Below are positions 37,815-48,544 of a stretch of DNA of 64,000 nucleotides, piece by piece. Numbering within the stretch: position 1 is the stretch's first letter; every line of letters begins with the position of its first letter. A program made the translations under genes and the position numbers. The notes under the pieces were generated by a model that saw only the letters and a list, made by a program, of their open reading frames with translations, ran no database searches and had not been told where the DNA came from. This DNA is from an uncultured Fibrobacterota bacterium (lineage in GTDB: Bacteria; Fibrobacterota; Chitinivibrionia; Chitinivibrionales; FEN-1185), in contig CAVWBU010000041.1 in assembly GCA_963753345.1 (NCBI GenBank), positions 160,001-224,000 on the forward strand, read 5' to 3'.

Positions 37815-38744
37815 CTATTTGTCCAATACGACGCTCGACCACGATCCCGGCAGCAGCAGCTTTGCCTTGTCCGGATAAGCGGCAAGCGATGTTCCTTTTT
37901 CGTCAACCGAATATGCCGAGAAGCCGATCACACGCTCGTCCTGACCCACCAGGCCGATGTCGTACATCGGAATATTGACAACCACAAATTCCTTTGCGGT
38001 GAACGTCTTGATCTCGGTCGGCCACTGCTTCGTGGGATAGCTGATGCTGTCGGTCACGGCCAGGCGGTTGTGCATGAACGAATTGACCGAATCCTTTGCC
38101 GTGAACAGGTCCACCACCCTGTCCGAATAGGCGATAAACGCGTTCTTGCCGTTCTTGCCGTCGAACGCGAATCTCAGAATGCCGCCGGCCTGGCCCTTCT
38201 TGCACACGATCGAGAGAACCGTGGGGTTCCAGAACAGCGCGAATTCGCATCCCTTGAGGGGTGTGAACTTCGCCTTGGCGCAGAGATCCGCGACCGAATT
38301 CTGGTCCACCGGCGCGGCGACTTTGGCCGCGTGGAGCGGCGCTGTTTTCGCAAGCTTGTCCACATCGACGATGCCCACGGGAAAGAGCGAACCCTTGTCC
38401 TTGGTGCCGGGGAGCGACCATTCGATCTTAAGGAAATCCTTGCCGCCCAAAAGGCTGGTGCCGGCGGAGCCGAGCGCGAATTCCTGGGAATAATCCGTCA
38501 CCTTGAACGTCTTCTTCGCCACGACCTTCTTCTTGCCGCCTTCCACCTTCGAGAGAACAACGTCAACTTTCTTCTGCGGAATCTTCGATGTGTCAAGCTG
38601 GACCTTGAGCACGATCTTGTCGGAACGTTCGGTGAGCCACTGGCCGGGGCTGTTGAAGGTCACGATATCGCCAAAGGCCGATTTGCACAACCACCCTGCA
38701 ACAATCAAGCACACAAATCCTGCACAAGCCGCTTTCATACGCAT
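37815..38744 (-). CDS. Secreted hypothetical protein
   Basis: Signal peptide, host-like codon use, stop 13 nt upstream of tRNA-His. Confidence 0.8.
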   Translation of the reverse strand: MRMKAACAGFVCLIVAGWLCKSAFGDIVTFNSPGQWLTERSDKIVLKVQLDTSKIPQKKVDVVLSKVEGGKKKVVAKKTFKVTDYSQEFALGSAGTSLLGGKDFLKIEWSLPGTKDKGSLFPVGIVDVDKLAKTAPLHAAKVAAPVDQNSVADLCAKAKFTPLKGCEFALFWNPTVLSIVCKKGQAGGILRFAFDGKNGKNAFIAYSDRVVDLFTAKDSVNSFMHNRLAVTDSISYPTKQWPTEIKTFTAKEFVVVNIPMYDIGLVGQDERVIGFSAYSVDEKGTSLAAYPDKAKLLLPGSWSSVVLDK

Positions 38745-38857
38745 TGTTCCTTTTCCTCCCTGCGATGTCCGTTTCTGCAAATGAGGCTCAACCGGAATAC
38801 GACGCCTCTGTTTTAGAACTCCAAATATAATTAACGCGCACCCGCTTTCTTCAACTC

Positions 38858-38888
38858 AAAAGGCACGGCGGATGTCCGCCATGCCTTC
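38858..38888 (-). terminator. Probable terminator after fba
   Basis: AAGGCA(C/T)GGCGGA hairpin plus T run on minus strand. Confidence 0.6.
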
Positions 38889-38917
38889 GTGCAAACCGTG
38901 GTTTTATTGCACAACGG

Positions 38918-40036
38918 TTACTTTTTTCTCTTGGCTGCTTTCTTTGCCGGCTTTGCCTTCCTGCGCGCCGTCTTTTTCGCGGACTTTGTTTTTTTCGAAG
39001 CCGCCTTGGCCTTGACCGGGAAATACACCTTGAGCATGTCTTTGGTCGTGACCGGCTTGTAATCTCCCGCATGTCCTGCGGTGCCGAACGCCTTCATCTC
39101 TTCGAGCATCCACGCCTTCACGGCCTCGCGGGCGGGCCCGAGATAGTCGCGCGGATCGAATTTCTGCGGCTGCTCCACAAAGACCTTGCGGATCGCGCCG
39201 GTGATGGCGAGACGGCCGTCGGTGTCGATGTTCACCTTGCGCATGCCGCGCTTGATGGCGTCCTGGATCATGGCGGTCGGAACGCCCACCGCGTTGGGAA
39301 CCCTGCCGCCGAACTGATTGACAAGATCAACCATCTGCTTGGGCACGGAAGAGCTGCCGTGCATCACGAGCGCGGTGGCCGGCGCGCGGCGATGCACGTC
39401 GTCGATGATGTCGAGCGCGAGCCGTATTTCGTGGCCCACGGGGAACTTGTACGCGCCGTGCGAGGTTCCGATGGCGAGCGCCAAAGCGTCCACACCCGTC
39501 TGCTTGACAAATTCCTCGGCCTCGGCAGGGTTGGTAAGATGCACGGCGCCGGCCACCGTGTCGTCTTCGATGCCGCCGAGCGTGCCTATTTCGCCTTCAA
39601 CGGTCACGCCCGCCGCATGGGCTATTGCCACGGCCTCTTTGGTTATCTTCACGTTGTCGTCGAACGAGCGGGCAGGGTGCTTGCCCTTTTCGTCCTTTCT
39701 CCCGTAGTCAAGCGAGCCGTCGATCATCACCGATGTGAACCCGAGCTTCACACATTCGACGACGGTCTCGAGGTCGGGACCGTGGTCGAGGTGGAGCGAC
39801 ATCGGAATCTGCGGGTATTTCTTGAGCGCCATGTAGGAAACCATGGCGGCAAGAAGGCCCTTGTCGGCATACTTGAGCGCGTTCCGGCTCACCTGGATGA
39901 TGACCGGCGAGTTCGTTTCCGCGGCCGCGGCGCAGATCGCCTGCAGCTGCTCCATGTTGTTGACGTTGAATGCGCCAACGCCGTATCCGGCCTTGTTGGC
40001 TTCGTCGAGAATGAGTTTCATCGGAACGAGAGACAT
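38918..40036 (-). CDS. fba: Class II fructose-1,6-bisphosphate aldolase with Lys/Ala-rich tail
   Basis: AFNVNNME, LHLDHG, SVMIDGS, GTSHGAYK, VMHGSS, KVNIDTD. Confidence 0.97.
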   Translation of the reverse strand: MSLVPMKLILDEANKAGYGVGAFNVNNMEQLQAICAAAAETNSPVIIQVSRNALKYADKGLLAAMVSYMALKKYPQIPMSLHLDHGPDLETVVECVKLGFTSVMIDGSLDYGRKDEKGKHPARSFDDNVKITKEAVAIAHAAGVTVEGEIGTLGGIEDDTVAGAVHLTNPAEAEEFVKQTGVDALALAIGTSHGAYKFPVGHEIRLALDIIDDVHRRAPATALVMHGSSSVPKQMVDLVNQFGGRVPNAVGVPTAMIQDAIKRGMRKVNIDTDGRLAITGAIRKVFVEQPQKFDPRDYLGPAREAVKAWMLEEMKAFGTAGHAGDYKPVTTKDMLKVYFPVKAKAASKKTKSAKKTARRKAKPAKKAAKRKK

Positions 40037-40065
40037 AGCATCACCCCTTATTGCGGTTGTGAAAC

Positions 40066-40689
40066 TTACTTCTTGTTTTTATCCTTGTTCTTGTCCTTGG
40101 ACGCGTCACCGCCCTTTGGCTCGGCTTTTTTCTTCTTGGGGGCCGCTTTGGGCTTTTCGCTCTTCGTTTCTGTCCCGGCTTTTGGCGGCTTTTCTTTCTT
40201 TTCCTCGACCGGAGCGGGCGCGGCCTTTTCTTCGGCGGCCGGTTTTTCCTTTTCCGGTTCAGCCGCGGCGCCTACCGGCGCGGCCTGGGCCGTTTTTCTT
40301 TTCTTCTTTCTTTTCCGCGCCGTTTCCCCGCTGTTCCTGCCCGTCAATTCCAGAATGCACGTCTCGGCATTGTCTCCCCAGCGCACGCCCAGCCTGAGAA
40401 TGCGGGTGTAGCCGCCCTCGCGGGTCTTGTAGGAAGGCCCGATGTCGGCAAACAGCTTCTTCAGAATGTCTTTGTCGGTGACGGTCTTTGCGGCAATGCG
40501 GATGGAATTGAGGCCGCCCTTCTTGGCGAACGTGACAAGCCGTTCAACGACGCTCCTCACCGCCTTCGCCTTGGCGACCGTGGTGATGACCCGTTCCTTG
40601 TCCAGCACCGCCATGGCAAGATTCGCGAGCATCGCACCGCGATGATCCGCGGTCCGGCTCAGTTTGTTTCCAGATTTCAAATGTCGCAT
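40066..40689 (-). CDS. rplQ: 50S ribosomal protein L17 (C-terminal extension)
   Basis: MRHLKSGNKLSRT...GGYTRI. Confidence 0.98.
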   Translation of the reverse strand: MRHLKSGNKLSRTADHRGAMLANLAMAVLDKERVITTVAKAKAVRSVVERLVTFAKKGGLNSIRIAAKTVTDKDILKKLFADIGPSYKTREGGYTRILRLGVRWGDNAETCILELTGRNSGETARKRKKKRKTAQAAPVGAAAEPEKEKPAAEEKAAPAPVEEKKEKPPKAGTETKSEKPKAAPKKKKAEPKGGDASKDKNKDKNKK

Positions 40690-40731
40690 GTTGTACGTCT
40701 TCCTTTACAGCGATCGCTTCCCCGCCCGTGA

Positions 40732-41721
40732 TTACTTTTCTTTCGTCTCAGCCCCGACCAGTTTCTCAACTTCCATGCCGAAGGCAAGTCCGAGGTTGGC
40801 AAGAATCTGGTTGAGCTCGATGAGAGACTTTCTGCCGAAGTTCTTGTATTTGAGCATGTCCGATTCCTGGTTCTTGACAAGATCCGCGAGCGTGTGAATG
40901 TTCGCGGCCCGCAGGCAGTTGGCCGAACGGACCGAAAGTTCCAGTTCGTCAACACGCATCTTGAGAAGCTGGCGCAGTTTCTCGGCCTTCTCGTCCTTGA
41001 TGATCTCTTCGACCGGCTCGAGCTCCCCTTCGAAGTTGATGAAGATGGCGAGATGGTCCGACAGCAGTTTGGCAGCGTAGGCGACCGCGTCTTCCACCGA
41101 AATGCTCCCGTCGGTCCACACGTCGAAGATAAGCTTGTCGAGGTCGGTCCTCTGTCCCACGCGCGCGTTTTCCACCGAATAGTTCAACTTGACGATGGGA
41201 GAAAAAATCGCGTCGATCGGAATGGTCCCCACGGGATCGTCCTCGCGCTTGTTCTGCTCGGCCGGCACGTAGCCGCGTCCGTCCGACACGTGCATTTCTA
41301 TCTTGAGCTTTGCGTCGGCGTTGATGGTGGCGATATGGAGGTCCGGGTTCAGGATCTCCACGTCGGGATTCTTCTCGATGTCGGAAGCCTTCACCTCGCC
41401 TTCCCCGCTCACGTCGAGACGCAGCGTGGCGTCTTCGTCGGCGTTCAGCCTGACGCGCAGTTTCTTGATATTCAGGATAATGTCGGTCACGTCCTCGACC
41501 ACGCCCTCAATGGTCATGTACTCGTGGAGGACGTTTTCGATCCGAACCGAAATCACCGCCGCGCCCTGGAGCGACGACAGCATGATGCGGCGCATCGAAT
41601 TTCCTACGGTGTGTCCCCACCCGCGTTCAAGCGGCTCGACGATCACTTTCCCGTAATTCGGAACATCGTCGGGATTCTCAACCTTTATCGCCTTGGGCAT
41701 CAACAAGCTTTTCCACTTCAT
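40732..41721 (-). CDS. rpoA: RNA polymerase alpha subunit
   Basis: EPLERGWGHTVGN, ELELSVRSANCL, NFGRKSL. Confidence 0.99.
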   Translation of the reverse strand: MKWKSLLMPKAIKVENPDDVPNYGKVIVEPLERGWGHTVGNSMRRIMLSSLQGAAVISVRIENVLHEYMTIEGVVEDVTDIILNIKKLRVRLNADEDATLRLDVSGEGEVKASDIEKNPDVEILNPDLHIATINADAKLKIEMHVSDGRGYVPAEQNKREDDPVGTIPIDAIFSPIVKLNYSVENARVGQRTDLDKLIFDVWTDGSISVEDAVAYAAKLLSDHLAIFINFEGELEPVEEIIKDEKAEKLRQLLKMRVDELELSVRSANCLRAANIHTLADLVKNQESDMLKYKNFGRKSLIELNQILANLGLAFGMEVEKLVGAETKEK

Positions 41722-41739
41722 GTAGCCTGCTCTCCTCTG

Positions 41740-42363
41740 TTATTTGGAGTACAATTCCACGATCAACTGTTCCTGAAGGGTCACGGGGATATCGGCGCGC
41801 GCGGGCAGCCGCACCACGGTGCCCGACAATTGCACTTTGTCAATTGACAGCCATTCCGGAATATCCTTGGCGTTCTTGAGCGCGCTGTGAATGAGGTCGA
41901 GGTTCTTGCTCTTCTCGCGCACCAGGACGACGTCGCCCTCCGACAACTGGTAGGAGGGCATGTTGACCCGCTTGTTGTTGACGCGAAAATGATTGTGCAG
42001 CACGAGCTGCCTCGCCGCGCTTCTCGACGGCGCGAACCCGAGCCGGTATACGATGTTGTCAAGCCGCATCTCGAGCATGCGCAGCAGCAGTTCGCCGGTG
42101 ACGCCCGTGCTCCTGGCGGCCTTCTTGAAATAGGTGTGAAACTGGCGTTCGAGAATCCCGTAGGTGCGGCGCATCTTCTGCTTTTCCCGCAGCTGGACAT
42201 TGTATTCGGACGTCGAGCGGCGCCGTTTGGTCATGCGCATGCCGGGCGGAAAGGGCCTGCGTTCCACCGCGCACTTCTCGCTCTTGCAGCGCTCGCCTTT
42301 GAGCATCAATTTGACCCCTTCCCTGCGGCACTGCCTGCATCGGGGGCCGTGATAAACTGCCAT
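41740..42363 (-). CDS. rpsD: 30S ribosomal protein S4
   Basis: CRQCRREG, QLREKQK, LEMRLDN, IVELYSK. Confidence 0.99.
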   Translation of the reverse strand: MAVYHGPRCRQCRREGVKLMLKGERCKSEKCAVERRPFPPGMRMTKRRRSTSEYNVQLREKQKMRRTYGILERQFHTYFKKAARSTGVTGELLLRMLEMRLDNIVYRLGFAPSRSAARQLVLHNHFRVNNKRVNMPSYQLSEGDVVLVREKSKNLDLIHSALKNAKDIPEWLSIDKVQLSGTVVRLPARADIPVTLQEQLIVELYSK

Positions 42364-42377
42364 GTCGTTGTCTCCTC

Positions 42378-42872
42378 TTACACTCTTCTTCGCTTGGGTG
42401 GACGGCATCCGTTGTGCGGAATTGCCGTGTAGTCTTTGATCGCCGTTATTTTAAGCCCGGCCGAGGCGAGCGCCCTAATCGAACTCTCACGCCCGTTGCC
42501 TGCGCCCTTGATATGAACCTCAATTTTCCGGACGCCAGCCTCAAACGCGGCTTTGCCCACGGACTCGGCCGCTATCTGCGCGGCAAAGGGCGTGCTCTTG
42601 CGCGACCCTTTGAATCCGGATTTGCCCGGCGAGCCCCACGCGACCACGTTGCCCTGCAGGTCGGTAACATTGATGAGCGTGTTGTTGAACGTGGCCCTGA
42701 TGTGCGCCAAACCCTCGGCAGACACCTTCTTCCTTATTTTCTTTACCGCCGGCGCTTTTTCCTTGCCCTCGGGCCTTCCCTCGCCCCTGCCTTCGGCTTT
42801 TCCTTCGCCTTTGCTGTCGCCTTTTCCTTCGCCTTTGCCCTCGGGCTTGCCTTCTGTCTTGCTTTCTGCCAT
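42378..42872 (-). CDS. rpsK: 30S ribosomal protein S11 (N-terminal extension)
   Basis: [30 protein letters not shown]. Confidence 0.99.
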   Translation of the reverse strand: MAESKTEGKPEGKGEGKGDSKGEGKAEGRGEGRPEGKEKAPAVKKIRKKVSAEGLAHIRATFNNTLINVTDLQGNVVAWGSPGKSGFKGSRKSTPFAAQIAAESVGKAAFEAGVRKIEVHIKGAGNGRESSIRALASAGLKITAIKDYTAIPHNGCRPPKRRRV

Positions 42873-42900
42873 TGTCGTACTACCCCTTATGGTCTAGCTG

Positions 42901-43284
42901 TTATCCTTTGGACGGAGCCTTCTTCTTGCCGGCAATTGTCTTGCGCGGTCCCTTGCGCGTGCGGGCGTTCGTGCGCGTCCGCTGCCCGCGGACCGGCAAC
43001 TGCCTGCGGTGCCGGAGCCCGCGATAGCACCCGATATCCATGAGGCGCTTGATATTGAGCCGGACGTTCGACCTGAGGTTTCCCTCAACCGTGAACTCGC
43101 TGTCGAGGATCTTCCTTATTCTGTCAAGTTCGTCCTCCGACAGGTCACGGATCTTCTTGTTCTTGTCGACATTCGCCTTGGCGCAGATCTTCAGCGCCGA
43201 CGATTTTCCGATGCCGAAAATATAGGTGAGCGCGACCTCGGCCCTCTTGTTGTTCGGTACTTCGACCCCTGCTACACGTGCCAA
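42901..43284 (-). CDS. rpsM: 30S ribosomal protein S13
   Basis: [26 protein letters not shown]. Confidence 0.99.
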   Translation of the reverse strand: MARVAGVEVPNNKRAEVALTYIFGIGKSSALKICAKANVDKNKKIRDLSEDELDRIRKILDSEFTVEGNLRSNVRLNIKRLMDIGCYRGLRHRRQLPVRGQRTRTNARTRKGPRKTIAGKKKAPSKG

Positions 43285-43311
43285 AATCGGACTCCTTTCG
43301 CCTGCCCAGCT

Positions 43312-43428
43312 CTAGCCCTGGCGCTGCTTGTGTTTCGGATTCTTGGAGCAAATGACGCGCACCACGCCGCGCCGCTTTATCACCTTGCAGCCGTTGCACA
43401 ATGGCTTTACCGATGCTCTCACTTTCAA
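43312..43428 (-). CDS. rpmJ: 50S ribosomal protein L36
   Basis: My translation [38 protein letters not shown] (TTG start). Confidence 0.97.
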   Translation of the reverse strand: MKVRASVKPLCNGCKVIKRRGVVRVICSKNPKHKQRQG

Positions 43429-43444
43429 GGTAACACTCCTGGTT

Positions 43445-43539
43445 ATTTCAGATTTGAGATTTTAGATTGACGATTGACAATTTCAAAGGAACACTCTTGG
43501 TCTTCTTCAATCTACAATCTACATTCTACAATCTACAAT
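43445..43539. repeat. Inverted arrays of degenerate heptamer repeats
   Basis: AGATTTG/AGATTTT/AGATTGA... facing (CAATCTA)n. Confidence 0.75.
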
Positions 43540-43758
43540 TTATTTGTATCGGTACACGATTCTTCCCCTTGTCAAGTCGTACGGGGAAAGCTCCACAAGC
43601 ACCTTGTCTCCGGGAAGAATGCGTATATAGTTCATCCTCATCTTGCCCGATATGTGGGCAAGTACAACGTGCTGTTTTTCAAGCTCGACGTGAAAGGAGG
43701 CATTGGGCAGGGTCTCAACCACGGTTCCTTCGACCTGAATTGATTCCTGCTTCGACAT
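43540..43758 (-). CDS. infA: Translation initiation factor IF-1
   Basis: [21 protein letters not shown]...[10 protein letters not shown]. Confidence 0.99.
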   Translation of the reverse strand: MSKQESIQVEGTVVETLPNASFHVELEKQHVVLAHISGKMRMNYIRILPGDKVLVELSPYDLTRGRIVYRYK

Positions 43759-43788
43759 AAAACTTCCTGCACCCCGTCCGATTGACAG

Positions 43789-45114
43789 TTAGTAATACCG
43801 TCTGCCGCGCAGACGGCCCTTCTTGAGAAATCCTTCGTAATTATGCATTTGCAAATGATACTCGAGCTGCTGCAGTGTGTCGAGGGCCACGCCAACGACA
43901 ATGAGAACGCTGGTGCCGCCGAAGTAAAACGAGACGTTGAATCCGCCCATGATGAGAAAAGGCACCACCGCCACAAAGGCAAGGAAAAAAGATCCCGGCA
44001 AGGTGATTCGCGAGAGCACCGTGTCGAGGAATTCGGCCGTCTTCTTACCCGGCCGTATGCCCGGCACGAAACCGCCGGACTTCTTGAGATTGTCGGCAAT
44101 GTCCATGGGGTTGAAAATGATGGCGGTGTAGAAATAGGTGAAGAAGACAATCAACAATGCGTAGAGCGCGTCATGCACGGGTCTGCCGGGCAGAAACATG
44201 TTTGTAAAGTCTTCCATCACCTGGGATTCGGGGAAGAAATTCTTGAGCATGCTGGGCAGGAACATGAGCGACGATGCGAAAATGATGGGAATCACGCCCG
44301 CCATGTTCACCCGGAGCGGCAGCACGGTGTTCTGGCCCGCGTACATCTTGGTCCCCACGACTTTCTTGGGCGTCTGGATCGGAATGCGGCGGGTCGCCTG
44401 GGTCATGAGAACGATGAATGCGGTCATGAGAAAAATGATGCCGAGCACCATGATTTCGACGAACAGGTTCCTGGTGCCGGCCGCAAGCTGCTGGACCTCC
44501 CCGAAAATCGCCGTGGGGATGCGGTCGACGATGCCGATGAATATAATAAAGGAAATGCCGTTGCCGATTCCCTTGTTGGTAATCTGTTCGCCCAGCCACA
44601 TGATGAACACCGTGCCCGTGGTAAGGCTGATAGCGGTGATAAAGGTGAAAATCGGACCGGCGATCGCGGGGAGAACCGCGTGCTGGCCGGTCGTCTGCGA
44701 CACGATGCTCTGAAGGAAGACGCTCACGCCGACGGCCTGGACAAAAGAGAGAAGCACGGTGCCGTATCTGGTGTACTGGGTGATCTTCTTTCTTCCCTCG
44801 CCGCCTTCCCGCTGCAGCTTATGGAAATACGGGAATACCGTGGCAAGGAGCTGGATGATGATTGACGCGCTGATGTACGGCATGACGCCCATGGCAAACA
44901 CCGTTGCCTTGCCGAACGCGCCGCCGACGAACATGTCGTACAGGCCGAACAGCGTGTTGCGGGACTGGGCCCAGAACTCTGCGAGAACGCTGGAATTGAT
45001 GCCCGGCGTCGGGATGTGGCCGCCGATCCTGTAAATAAAGATTATAAGAAGGGTAAACAATACCTTCTTGCGGAGGTCCGGTATCCGGAAAACGTTTTGG
45101 AAGGTTTCAAGCAC
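43789..45114 (-). CDS. secY: Preprotein translocase SecY
   Basis: MGVMPYISASII, GIGNGIS, PGIRPG, FGGTS. Confidence 0.99.
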   Translation of the reverse strand: MLETFQNVFRIPDLRKKVLFTLLIIFIYRIGGHIPTPGINSSVLAEFWAQSRNTLFGLYDMFVGGAFGKATVFAMGVMPYISASIIIQLLATVFPYFHKLQREGGEGRKKITQYTRYGTVLLSFVQAVGVSVFLQSIVSQTTGQHAVLPAIAGPIFTFITAISLTTGTVFIMWLGEQITNKGIGNGISFIIFIGIVDRIPTAIFGEVQQLAAGTRNLFVEIMVLGIIFLMTAFIVLMTQATRRIPIQTPKKVVGTKMYAGQNTVLPLRVNMAGVIPIIFASSLMFLPSMLKNFFPESQVMEDFTNMFLPGRPVHDALYALLIVFFTYFYTAIIFNPMDIADNLKKSGGFVPGIRPGKKTAEFLDTVLSRITLPGSFFLAFVAVVPFLIMGGFNVSFYFGGTSVLIVVGVALDTLQQLEYHLQMHNYEGFLKKGRLRGRRYY

Positions 45115-45562
45115 TCGCCACGACCTCGGCTTTCCCTTTTGCCTTTTCGATTTTTTCGCGGGCCGATTTTGAGAACGAATGTGCCCGTATCACAACGCTC
45201 TTTGCGCAGTCGCCGTCGCCGAGTATCTTAACCGGCTCCGCTTTCGAGCGGATGAGGCCGTTTTCGTACAGCCATTCGGCGGTGACTTCCTTGTCGAGCG
45301 GATCTTTCTTGAATATGTCGGCCAAATTTACAATCTGGAAGCTCTTCTTGAAAACACTGACGAATCCCCGTTTGGGGATCCTGCGGGTGAGCGGCGTCTG
45401 ACCGCCTTCGAAATAGAGCTTCTTCTTGGTCCCCGAACGCGAACCGGCGCCTTTGTGGCCGCGTCCTGCGGTCTTGCCGTTGCCCGACCCGGTTCCGCGG
45501 CCGCGCCGTTTGGAGTCCCTTGTGGACCCTGCGGCGGGACGGATTTCGTTCATTCTGAACAT
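45107..45562 (-). CDS. rplO: 50S ribosomal protein L15
   Basis: GRGTGSGNGKTAGRGHKG, FEGGQTPL. Confidence 0.98.
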   Translation of the reverse strand: MFRMNEIRPAAGSTRDSKRRGRGTGSGNGKTAGRGHKGAGSRSGTKKKLYFEGGQTPLTRRIPKRGFVSVFKKSFQIVNLADIFKKDPLDKEVTAEWLYENGLIRSKAEPVKILGDGDCAKSVVIRAHSFSKSAREKIEKAKGKAEVVASA

Positions 45563-45564
45563 AA

Positions 45565-45759
45565 TCAGTTGCCTTCCTTGACTTCATCAACCTTGACAAT
45601 ATGCTTAACCACCTCGATCATGCCGCGGAGCGCCGGCGAATCGCTGTACACCCGTGCGTGCCGTATCCGCCGCAAGCCGAGCGCCACAAGCGTCCGCTTC
45701 TGGGGCGTGATGTTCCCAACGATGCTTTTCACCTGTTCTATTCTCAATTTCTTTGCCAT
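45565..45759 (-). CDS. rpmD: 50S ribosomal protein L30
   Basis: MAKKLRIEQVKS...ALGLRRI...RGMI. Confidence 0.96.
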   Translation of the reverse strand: MAKKLRIEQVKSIVGNITPQKRTLVALGLRRIRHARVYSDSPALRGMIEVVKHIVKVDEVKEGN

Positions 45760-45773
45760 GGTCTCCCGCCGTG

Positions 45774-46280
45774 TTACTGCTGAACCGCCGCGTGGCGGAG
45801 CTGGGTGATCTGTTCCCGGGTCTTGAGCCTGAGAAGACCGTTCATGGTGGCCTTCACCACATTGTGAGCGTTCCTGGTCCCGATGCACTTGGTGAGGATG
45901 TTGTGGATCCCCACGAGTTCAAGCACGGCGCGCGCCGGCCCGCCCGCGATGACGCCGGTGCCGGGTCCCGCAGGCTTAAGCAGAATTTTTCCGGCCCCGA
46001 ACGTGCCGATGATTTCGTGAGGAATCGTGCCGTGCACCACGCTCACGGTCTCGAGATTCTTTTTGGCGTTGTCGACCGCCTTGCGTATCGCATCCGTCAC
46101 ATCGTTCGCTTTTCCCATGCCGATGCCCACCGTGCCGGCCGAATCGCCCACGGCGACGAGCGCGTTGAATCCGAACCTGCGGCCGCCCTTGACGACTTTT
46201 GCCACCCTGGTGACCGCAATAAGCCTGTCAACGAGCTTCGATTCTTCGCCCGTGCCGGTTTTTTTTCCTTCGTAATCCAA
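45774..46280 (-). CDS. rpsE: 30S ribosomal protein S5
   Basis: [20 protein letters not shown]. Confidence 0.99.
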   Translation of the reverse strand: MDYEGKKTGTGEESKLVDRLIAVTRVAKVVKGGRRFGFNALVAVGDSAGTVGIGMGKANDVTDAIRKAVDNAKKNLETVSVVHGTIPHEIIGTFGAGKILLKPAGPGTGVIAGGPARAVLELVGIHNILTKCIGTRNAHNVVKATMNGLLRLKTREQITQLRHAAVQQ

Positions 46281-46304
46281 CGGAAATCCCCTTTCGTCAA
46301 TGCT

Positions 46305-46673
46305 CTAGAACTGCAGGCCCTTCTTGCGCGCCGCTTCCGCAAGCGCCTTCACGCGGCCATGGTAGGCATACCCTTTTCTGTCGAACACGACCCGCTCGAT
46401 CCCCTTTTCCTTGGCCTTCTCGGCCACGAGCTCTCCCACCAGTCTCGCCACGTCGCTCTTGGAAGTCTTGGCCTTGTCGGTGATCTTCCCTGAAATCTCC
46501 TTGCACGTGCTCCCGGTCTGGACAAGCGACTTTCCTGTTATGTCGTCGACGATCTGGGCATAGATGTGGCTCAGGCTTCTCCGCACGCACAGTCTCGGCC
46601 GCTCCGATGTTCCGGAAATTTTTTTGCGTATCCGAATCGACCGTCGCTGCCGCTGGTTGAGTTTCCTATTCAT
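46305..46673 (-). CDS. rplR: 50S ribosomal protein L18
   Basis: [17 protein letters not shown]. Confidence 0.99.
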   Translation of the reverse strand: MNRKLNQRQRRSIRIRKKISGTSERPRLCVRRSLSHIYAQIVDDITGKSLVQTGSTCKEISGKITDKAKTSKSDVARLVGELVAEKAKEKGIERVVFDRKGYAYHGRVKALAEAARKKGLQF

Positions 46674-46714
46674 AACCCCGTCCCGGTTTCCCTCTCTTGT
46701 TTGTCTGCCCGGTT

Positions 46715-47254
46715 CTACTTGCCCGCCGCCTTGCCGACCTTGCGGCGTACGCGTTCGTCAAGATACCTGATTCCCTTGCCTTTGTACGGTTCGGGTCCGC
46801 GGAGCAGCCGGATGTCGGCGGTCACCTGGCCCACCGCCTGCTTGTCGGTCCCCTCGACGACGATTCTTGTTGCCGTCTCCATCTTAAAATTGATGTTTTC
46901 CGGCGCCTTCACGATGACGGGGTGGGAGTATCCCACGCTGATGTTGAGGTCTTTTCCCTTCAATTCCGCCTTGTAGCCCACACCCTGTATGTCGAGCGTC
47001 TTCCGGTACCCTGTGGTGACTCCTTCAACCATATTGCAGATGAGTACCCGCCACAGGCCCCACACCGATTTTGACAAACGGTCACCGGCCTCGCTCGAGC
47101 AGCGCACGGCACCGTCTTCCACAGCCATTTTGACTGAAGGGTGCGCCACCTTCGCAAGCGAGCCCTTGGGACCCTTTACCGTGATCTTCTGGCCTTCTAT
47201 CTTTACCTCGACTCCCTTGGGAATCGGAACCGGTTTCCTGCCTATGCGAGACAA
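46715..47254 (-). CDS. rplF: 50S ribosomal protein L6
   Basis: [19 protein letters not shown]. Confidence 0.99.
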   Translation of the reverse strand: MSRIGRKPVPIPKGVEVKIEGQKITVKGPKGSLAKVAHPSVKMAVEDGAVRCSSEAGDRLSKSVWGLWRVLICNMVEGVTTGYRKTLDIQGVGYKAELKGKDLNISVGYSHPVIVKAPENINFKMETATRIVVEGTDKQAVGQVTADIRLLRGPEPYKGKGIRYLDERVRRKVGKAAGK

Positions 47255-47329
47255 ATCAAGACTCCCCTGAAAAGATTACCTATTGCAAATTCCAGATTCC
47301 AAATAATACCTTCTGGAATTCTTTTCCTC

Positions 47330-47722
47330 TTACCAGACGGTACCGATGACTTCTCCACCGACATTAAGTTTCTTGCAGTCGACGTCGGTCATGAGGCCTT
47401 TGGATGTTGACACAATAGAAATTCCCATGCCGCTCATCACCTTGGGAACCGCCGACACCGCGGCATATTTTCTGAGGCCCGGCGTGCTGATCCTCTTGAG
47501 ACCCTGTATCGCGTTCTGCATCTTGTCGTCGTACTTGAGAAGGATCTTGATGACTCCCTGCCCGCCGTCGTCGACGAACGCATACTTGGCCACGAAGTGA
47601 TTCTCGAACAGCAGGCGCGTCACTTCCTTCTTCAGGCTGGAGGCGGGAATGCTCACGGTCCTCTTCTTCGCCTGAATGGCGTTCCGTATCCTTGTAAACA
47701 TGTCAGCAATCTGGTCCGTCAT
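47330..47722 (-). CDS. rpsH: 30S ribosomal protein S8
   Basis: DQIADMFTRIRNA, STSKG, GGEV. Confidence 0.99.
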   Translation of the reverse strand: MTDQIADMFTRIRNAIQAKKRTVSIPASSLKKEVTRLLFENHFVAKYAFVDDGGQGVIKILLKYDDKMQNAIQGLKRISTPGLRKYAAVSAVPKVMSGMGISIVSTSKGLMTDVDCKKLNVGGEVIGTVW

Positions 47723-47770
47723 GCCTTTGTCCCCTTCAGTTCCGCGTTATCTACAGTAAGAAACCGTTAC

Positions 47771-47956
47771 CTACCAGCTTGCTTTCACCACGCCGGGTAT
47801 CAGGCCGAATAGCGCCATTTGCCTGAAGCAGATCCTGCACAGGCCGAACTTCCGAAGGTACCCTCGCTGGCGCCCGCAGCGCTGGCAGCGATTGTAGGTC
47901 CGTGTCTTGAACTTCGCGGGCTTCCTGCATTTCTCGATCATTGCTTTTCGTGCCAC
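47771..47956 (-). CDS. rpsN: 30S ribosomal protein S14 (zinc type)
   Basis: CQRCGR...LCRICFR...PGVVKASW. Confidence 0.99.
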   Translation of the reverse strand: MARKAMIEKCRKPAKFKTRTYNRCQRCGRQRGYLRKFGLCRICFRQMALFGLIPGVVKASW

Positions 47957-47980
47957 TATCGGATCTCCCCTGTGAAAGTG

Positions 47981-48544
47981 CTACTTTCTGAACGGCATGC
48001 CCATTTCTTCGAGCAGTGCAAGCCCGAGCTCGTCCCTGCCTGCCGTGGTGCATATGCAAACGTCGAGACCGGTGATGTTGGTTATCTTGTCGCGGTCGAC
48101 TTCCGCAAAAACGATCTGCTCCTTGATGCCGAGCGTGTAGTTGCCGTGCCCGTCAAACGATTTACGGGAAATCCCCCTAAAATCGCGGATGCGGGGCATG
48201 GTGACGGAGACGAGCCTGTCGAAGAACTCATACATTCGTTCGCCCCGCAGCGTCACTTTGACGCCGATGGGAAGATTCTTCCGCAGCTTGAAATTCGATA
48301 TTGCTTTCTTCGCCCTGGTCACGACGGGCTTCTGGCCGCTGATGTTCTGCAGCACCGTTACCGCTTCGTCAATAAGTTTTGAATCCTGCACCGCCTTGCC
48401 GACGCCCATGTTCAATACGATTTTGTCAAGCCGTGGCGCCTGCATGACGTTTTTCAGGCCGTGCTTTGTCATGAGCGCCGGAACGACCTGCTTCTGGTAG
48501 AACTCCCGCATGCGCGGCACTGTTTTTTTCTTGTCGGGGCTCAA
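47981..48544 (-). CDS. rplE: 50S ribosomal protein L5
   Basis: [27 protein letters not shown]. Confidence 0.99.
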   Translation of the reverse strand: MSPDKKKTVPRMREFYQKQVVPALMTKHGLKNVMQAPRLDKIVLNMGVGKAVQDSKLIDEAVTVLQNISGQKPVVTRAKKAISNFKLRKNLPIGVKVTLRGERMYEFFDRLVSVTMPRIRDFRGISRKSFDGHGNYTLGIKEQIVFAEVDRDKITNITGLDVCICTTAGRDELGLALLEEMGMPFRK

